NCBI GenBank assembly: GCA_038882655.1
Contig: JAVZNT010000002.1
Coordinates: forward strand, 32,001 to 96,000
Direction: 5' to 3'
Origin: Candidatus Bathyarchaeia archaeon
GTDB lineage: Archaea; Thermoproteota; Bathyarchaeia; Bathyarchaeales; Bathycorpusculaceae
DNA length: 64,000 nucleotides
A program made the position numbers and the translations under genes. The notes below the pieces were generated by a model. That model had not been told where the DNA came from. It saw nothing but the letters and a program-made list of their open reading frames with translations, and did not search any database. Shown here in pieces: positions 59,109 to 64,000 of the stretch (positions are counted from its first letter, which is position 1; each line of letters opens with the position of its first letter).

Positions 59109-60107
59109 ATGAAAATGATTGGCTGCTACGTGACTGGCATAATGCCAAGACCAAAGGAACTTGTCGAAGCCACAAGAGCCTACGAAAGAAGAAAAATAAA
59201 CGAAGAAGATCTAGGAAAAGCCTTCAAAGAAGCAACAATAAAGGTTATAGAGGCGCAAGTCTCCGCCGAGCTAAGCTATATCACAGATGGAATGCTCAAA
59301 TGGCAAGATTTGCTGAGACCCTTCACAGAAAATCTAAAAGGCTTAAAAGCTGGAGCCCTCTCAAGATGGTTTAACAACAACACCTTCTATAAAAAGCCAA
59401 TCGTCCAAGACGAAATTCAGCGTAAAAAGGGCATAACCACAGAACTGGCCTATATGGAATATTTGCCAAGAAACATTCCATGGAAAGCTATATTGCCAGC
59501 ACCCTTCACGTTGGCAAGGCTTTCAGAAAACAAGTTTTACAAAAATGAAAAGGAACTAATATTCAGCTACGCTGAAATTCTGAAAGCTGAAATCGAAAGT
59601 CTAACAAAAAGTGGTTTTAAATATATTCAGCTAAGCGACCCAGCCCTCGTCTACAACCCATTAAAGAAACCAATTTCTAAGGATGTGCTTGTCGACGTTA
59701 AAGGAGCCCTTGAAACAACCGTTAGAATTACATATGCAAAAATATGCCTTCAAACATTTTTCGGAGACTTTTCACAAATTATGCCAGAAGCCTTAGACTT
59801 TCCAGTCGATGACTTGGGAATAGACCTTTACGAAACAAATTTGGAAAAGCTGAAGGGATACGAATTTGATAAGGGCATTGCCTTGGGACTTGTGGATTCC
59901 CGCAGCTCATTAGTCGAAGATGAAAAAGAGCTAGCCACCGTGGCTGAAGAGCTTATTCAATCAATTTATCCGTCAAAGATTCGCGACGTCTTCATCTGCC
60001 CAAACTGTGATTTGGAGTTTCTACCATGGGAAAGGGCAGAAGAAAAAATAGGAATTATTAGCCGCGTAGCCAAGCGCCTAAAGACGGAGTTGGGCGTTCA
60101 TGGATAA
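59109..60107 (+). CDS. Cobalamin-independent methionine synthase, N-terminal-like (non-catalytic) half
   Basis: PRP, ITDG...WQD, RWFNNNTFY, LGLVD.R; HxC replaced by QTF. Confidence 0.8.
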   Translation: MKMIGCYVTGIMPRPKELVEATRAYERRKINEEDLGKAFKEATIKVIEAQVSAELSYITDGMLKWQDLLRPFTENLKGLKAGALSRWFNNNTFYKKPIVQDEIQRKKGITTELAYMEYLPRNIPWKAILPAPFTLARLSENKFYKNEKELIFSYAEILKAEIESLTKSGFKYIQLSDPALVYNPLKKPISKDVLVDVKGALETTVRITYAKICLQTFFGDFSQIMPEALDFPVDDLGIDLYETNLEKLKGYEFDKGIALGLVDSRSSLVEDEKELATVAEELIQSIYPSKIRDVFICPNCDLEFLPWERAEEKIGIISRVAKRLKTELGVHG

Positions 60108-61254
60108 GCTTTTCCCAGCACAGGAAATAGGAAGTCTCGCCAAACCAGTATGGAGGATCAAGGGATACAGAGGCGAGTCCTTGTCAGAAAGTGAGATAGC
60201 TGAGGTCGTAGACTGGGGGCGGAGACTGGGGATAGAGGGCGTAGATGAGCTCGTCAAGATTTTAAAGAGCGGGGAAAGAACATTAGGGGATAAGAGAGCG
60301 ATTCTTGAGTGGGCTGCAAAGTTTGTCATCCGCTTCTTTGAAAATGCGGGGCTTGACATACTTTTTGATGGGGAACAGTGGCGCTCAGAAATGTACGAAC
60401 ATGTTATCAGAAACATTGAAGGCTTCAAATTTTTAGGATTTGTAAAATCCTTTGACTATAGATACTTTAACAAGGCTGCTTGCATGGACAAGCCAAAATA
60501 TATAAAACCATTCTATGTTGAAGAGTTCATTTTTACACGCAAAAACACCCACAGAGAGGTTAAAGTGCCCTTTACAGGCCCTTACACGCTTGTTGATTGG
60601 ACATTTAATGAGTATTACGAGAAAATGCTTAGTGGCAAAACCAAAGATTTTAAACGTAGGAAGCTCGAAGCTCGGAGAGAATTTCTTTTTGACTTAATAA
60701 AGGAGGTTGTAAGACCAGAAATTGGCAAGCTTGTGGAAGCCGGAGCAAAATGGATTCAGATAGACGAACCAGCGGCAACCACTAACCCGTCTGCTGAAGA
60801 AATGGAATTGTTTGTGGAGGCTTTCAACGAGACTGTTAGGGGGTTTAACTGCACCTTCAGCCTCCACAACTGCTACAGCAACTACGCGGTACTAGCGAAA
60901 TATGCTGCTGAACTGCGAAACTGCAGCCAATTAGCCCTAGAATTCGCCAACAGAGACAGCAAACAAATAGGAACTGGTGAAGTGCGCGTAGGCTATAGGG
61001 AACTGAAACTTTTCGAGGATTACAGCTTCAAAGGAAATTATGGCTTAGGCGTCATAGACGTCCACACAGACTTTATTGAGCCTCCAAAGCTCGTGAGGGA
61101 CAGAATACTACACGCCACCAAAATCGTCGGAAACGCGAGTAGAATATTTGTAAGTACCGACTGCGGATTAAGAACCAGAACCTGGGAGGTAAGCTTTGCA
61201 AAGTTGAAAAACATGGTTTTAGGCGCTGAGCTGGCAAGAAAGGCTTTGGCATAA
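60100..61254 (+). CDS. metE: Cobalamin-independent methionine synthase, catalytic half
   Basis: EIGSL.KP, DGEQ.R.EM, TGPYT, IQIDEPA, HNC, LE, DCGL Zn ligands. Confidence 0.85.
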   Translation: MDKLFPAQEIGSLAKPVWRIKGYRGESLSESEIAEVVDWGRRLGIEGVDELVKILKSGERTLGDKRAILEWAAKFVIRFFENAGLDILFDGEQWRSEMYEHVIRNIEGFKFLGFVKSFDYRYFNKAACMDKPKYIKPFYVEEFIFTRKNTHREVKVPFTGPYTLVDWTFNEYYEKMLSGKTKDFKRRKLEARREFLFDLIKEVVRPEIGKLVEAGAKWIQIDEPAATTNPSAEEMELFVEAFNETVRGFNCTFSLHNCYSNYAVLAKYAAELRNCSQLALEFANRDSKQIGTGEVRVGYRELKLFEDYSFKGNYGLGVIDVHTDFIEPPKLVRDRILHATKIVGNASRIFVSTDCGLRTRTWEVSFAKLKNMVLGAELARKALA

Positions 61255-61444
61255 GTGAATGGTTATAAAGTTTTTGAAAACGTTATTGAAAAATTAATTA
61301 AAAATTAAGCCTTCAGCTGTAAATAAGCAACTAAAAACCTATAAAAAATTTTTAGAGCTGAAATTTTTCTCTTAAAAATGCTTATTACCAAAAACAGCCA
61401 CTGAATATAGCTGCAAACAAGCAAAGGGAACAGTGACAGCAAAC

Positions 61445-63274
61445 ATGTGTGGAATATTTGGCTGTATTTTAAAGGAGGGCGCCGCTGCACCGCTAATACA
61501 TCACGCCCTTAGAAGGCTTGAATACCGTGGCTACGACTCCGTAGGTGAAGCAACAATCCACGAAGGAAAACTCTACATTAAAAAGGACAGCGGAAAAATA
61601 GACGACGTTCACAAAATCCATAACCTTGACGACTTGCCCGGTTTTATAGGTATAGGTCACACGAGATGGGCTACACATGGGGCGCCATTAATGATTAACG
61701 CGCACCCCCATGTTGATTGCAGCGGTCAAATAGCTGTAGTCCATAATGGGATTATTGAGAACTTCGCGGAACTGAAGCTTGAACTTGAAGGAAAAGGACA
61801 TACTTTCCAGTCCAGAACGGATACAGAAGTTATAGCCCACCTTATTGAGGAGGCGTTTAAAACAAATCCTTCTTTTGGGCTTGTGGATGCTGTTCTGGCG
61901 GCTTTGCAGAGTCTGGACGGTTCCTATGCGATTGCTGTTATTTCGCCAAAAGAACCAGACAAAATAGTTTGCGCTAGACACGAAAGCCCGCTTGTTGTAG
62001 GAATTGGAGAAAACGCGCTTTATTGCGCCTCGGACATTCCAGCTTTTTTACCATTAACCAATAAGGCGGTAATAATCGAAGACGGAGAGCTGGTAACCCT
62101 ATCTTTTGAAGGTCTTGAAATTAAAAGAATTGCAGACCTAAGCCCTGTCATCCGGGAGCCAAAGCTTATCGACTGGACTCCTGAAATGGCTGTTAAGCAA
62201 GGCTATCCCCACTTCATGTTGAAGGAAATCCATGAGCAACCCGTATGTTTACGAAACACTTTGAGACTGCAGGAGCATTATCTTGATTTGATGGCGACGT
62301 TCTTGGATCGCGCTAAAGAAGTGTTCCTTGTGGCTTGTGGCACATCATATCATGCTTGTTTGGCAGCATCCTATATGTTTTCTAAACTCGCTTTTCTAGC
62401 TACATATCCAGTAATAGCCTCAGAATTCATCGAGCAACACGGAAAATCAGTAAACATCGACAGCACCATCTTGGCTGTAAGTCAATCAGGCGAAACAGCA
62501 GACACGCTTGCCGCAGTAAATGCTGCCCGCCAAAGAGCAGCAACGGTTCTCGGGCTTACAAACGTTATCGGCTCAACACTAACAAGGGTTTCACGAGTCT
62601 ACATCAGCCAGCAGTCCGGTCCCGAAATCGGTGTAGCTGCAACCAAAACCTTCACTTCGCAGCTTTCGGTTCTCGCCCAGCTTGCGCTAAGGCTTGCAAA
62701 GAAGAGGGGAAAAATTTCTCAGGATGAAATGGACTTTATAGATGCGAAGTTAAAGAAGCTTCCAGAAATCGTGGAAACCGTAATCACCACACAAGAGGAG
62801 AAAGTAAAGAGCATAGCGAAAAAGTACAAGGATGCAAAGGTTTTCTTCTTTTTAGGACGGGGTATAAGCACAGCCACAGCATATGAAGGTAGACTTAAAC
62901 TTATGGAAATAGCCTACATCCCGTCAATTGCTTTTCCAGCTGGTGAAAGCAAACACGGACCGATAAGCCTCGTTGAAGAAGGGTTCCCAGCGGTTTTCAT
63001 ATGTCCCAAAGACGATACGCATAAGACCATTATAGGGAACATTATGGAGATGAAAGCCAGAGGAGCCTCAATAATAGCCATCATTGAAGAAGGTGACGAG
63101 GAAGTCAAAAGGCTAGCGGACGATTATGTTGAAGCGCCAAAGGGCATACCGGACGTTTTGTCACCCATACCCTTCGCTGTTCCACTGCAGCTCTTGGCCT
63201 ATTACATGGCTGTTGAAAGGGGACACGACCCTGATCAGCCTAGAAACCTAGCAAAATCTGTGACCGTAAAGTAG
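61445..63274 (+). CDS. glmS: Glutamine-fructose-6-phosphate transaminase (isomerizing)
   Basis: MCGIFG, LEYRGYDS, GHTRWATHG, SQSGETAD, KHGP, PRNLAKSVT. Confidence 0.97.
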   Translation: MCGIFGCILKEGAAAPLIHHALRRLEYRGYDSVGEATIHEGKLYIKKDSGKIDDVHKIHNLDDLPGFIGIGHTRWATHGAPLMINAHPHVDCSGQIAVVHNGIIENFAELKLELEGKGHTFQSRTDTEVIAHLIEEAFKTNPSFGLVDAVLAALQSLDGSYAIAVISPKEPDKIVCARHESPLVVGIGENALYCASDIPAFLPLTNKAVIIEDGELVTLSFEGLEIKRIADLSPVIREPKLIDWTPEMAVKQGYPHFMLKEIHEQPVCLRNTLRLQEHYLDLMATFLDRAKEVFLVACGTSYHACLAASYMFSKLAFLATYPVIASEFIEQHGKSVNIDSTILAVSQSGETADTLAAVNAARQRAATVLGLTNVIGSTLTRVSRVYISQQSGPEIGVAATKTFTSQLSVLAQLALRLAKKRGKISQDEMDFIDAKLKKLPEIVETVITTQEEKVKSIAKKYKDAKVFFFLGRGISTATAYEGRLKLMEIAYIPSIAFPAGESKHGPISLVEEGFPAVFICPKDDTHKTIIGNIMEMKARGASIIAIIEEGDEEVKRLADDYVEAPKGIPDVLSPIPFAVPLQLLAYYMAVERGHDPDQPRNLAKSVTVK

Positions 63275-63342
63275 CGCAATACAAATTTGAAATGCAAATC
63301 AGTTAAATGCCTAATCCACTTATCTTGGTATGGTGCAAAAAC

Positions 63343-64000
63343 TTGGAGGTAGACTGGGAACGGCTAATCGAGAATCTGATAAAAGAGGGCGTACTCCGCT
63401 CCCAAAAAGTGATTAAGGCGATGCGCAAAGTGCCTCGAACTAAGTTTCTGCCAGAAAACATGCGATCCTACAGCACTGTAGACACGCCTCTTCCAATTGG
63501 TTTTGGGCAGACGGTTTCAGCGCCACATAGCCTCGGCTTTCAGCCCGGCTAGGCGAAACATGGTTGCAATAATGAATGAAGCCCTTCAATTGGAAGTGGG
63601 CGACAAAGTCCTCGAAGTGGGGGCAGGTTCAGGCTGGCATGCCGCCACAATAGCTGAAATAGTGGCGCCAAGCGAAGCGCCTAGAAGCGAATGGGGACAC
63701 GTCTACACGGTCGAAATAATTGAGGGACTGGCGGAATTCGCAAGAAGAAACATAATGAAAGCAGGATACGGTGACCGAGTCACAATAGTCTGCAGGGACG
63801 GCTCCATGGGCTACCCAGAAAAAGCGCCATACGACAAAATAGTTGTTACAGCAGCAGCCCCAGACATACCAAAACCCCTAGTCGAACAGCTGAAAAACGG
63901 CGGAGTAATGCTTATACCCATTGGAAGCATGCACCTATTCCAAAGCTTGATAAAAGTTATGAAAAGCGCTGATGGAAAAATTAGGCAAGAAAATCTCGGT
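63343..64000 (+). CDS. pcm: Protein-L-isoaspartate O-methyltransferase, interrupted by a 31-nt insertion (exon 1 about 63343-63526; exon 2 from 63558 past the window end)
   Basis: Exon 1: VPR..F, DTPLPIGFGQTVSAP. Exon 2: HMVAIMNEAL, VLEVGAGSGW, DGSMGY, APYDKIVVTAA, QLK.GG. Confidence 0.93.
63527..63557 (+). other. Putative bulge-helix-bulge (BHB) mRNA intron in pcm
   Basis: CGCC(63521-24)/GGCG(63552-55) 4-bp central helix; 3-nt bulges ACA and AAA; intron stem TAGCC/GGCTA; excision restores CCA-CAC-ATG. Confidence 0.85.

Noticed and set aside
61255-61440. AT-rich gap between metE and glmS as an origin or regulatory RNA
   Set aside because: No iterated motif or stable structure; consistent with a terminator plus promoter
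63307-63552. 81-aa ORF as an independent gene, or pcm as a simple pseudogene
   Set aside because: It is the first part of pcm; the interruption has BHB geometry and the downstream frame is intact to the window end

Overview
Gene-dense archaeal chromosomal segment. It most likely comes from a TACK archaeon, Bathyarchaeia-like; this is inferred from r-proteins S25e/S26e together with a histone, arcadin-1, a thermosome subunit and RpoK. Content is mostly housekeeping: NAD, pyrimidine, purine, Trp, Met and Asn metabolism, proteasome, RNA processing and CBS proteins. No rRNA, tRNA, CRISPR array or transposase was recognised. The strongest unusual signal is at the right end. The protein-L-isoaspartate O-methyltransferase gene (pcm) is interrupted inside its conserved SAPH|MV motif by a 31-nt insertion that folds into a bulge-helix-bulge (BHB) motif. 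Cutting at the canonical endonuclease positions restores the frame and the motif exactly, making it a candidate tRNA-type intron in an mRNA other than cbf5. Other notable items are a TrpY-like regulator with TRP-like boxes controlling trpB2 plus a SerK-like serine kinase candidate, a CTG-start gene and a small RHH gene missed by the ORF track, a four-copy G-string repeat cluster, an ArcE-like enzyme, a split MetE, two single-base frameshifts and a two-stop pseudogene.
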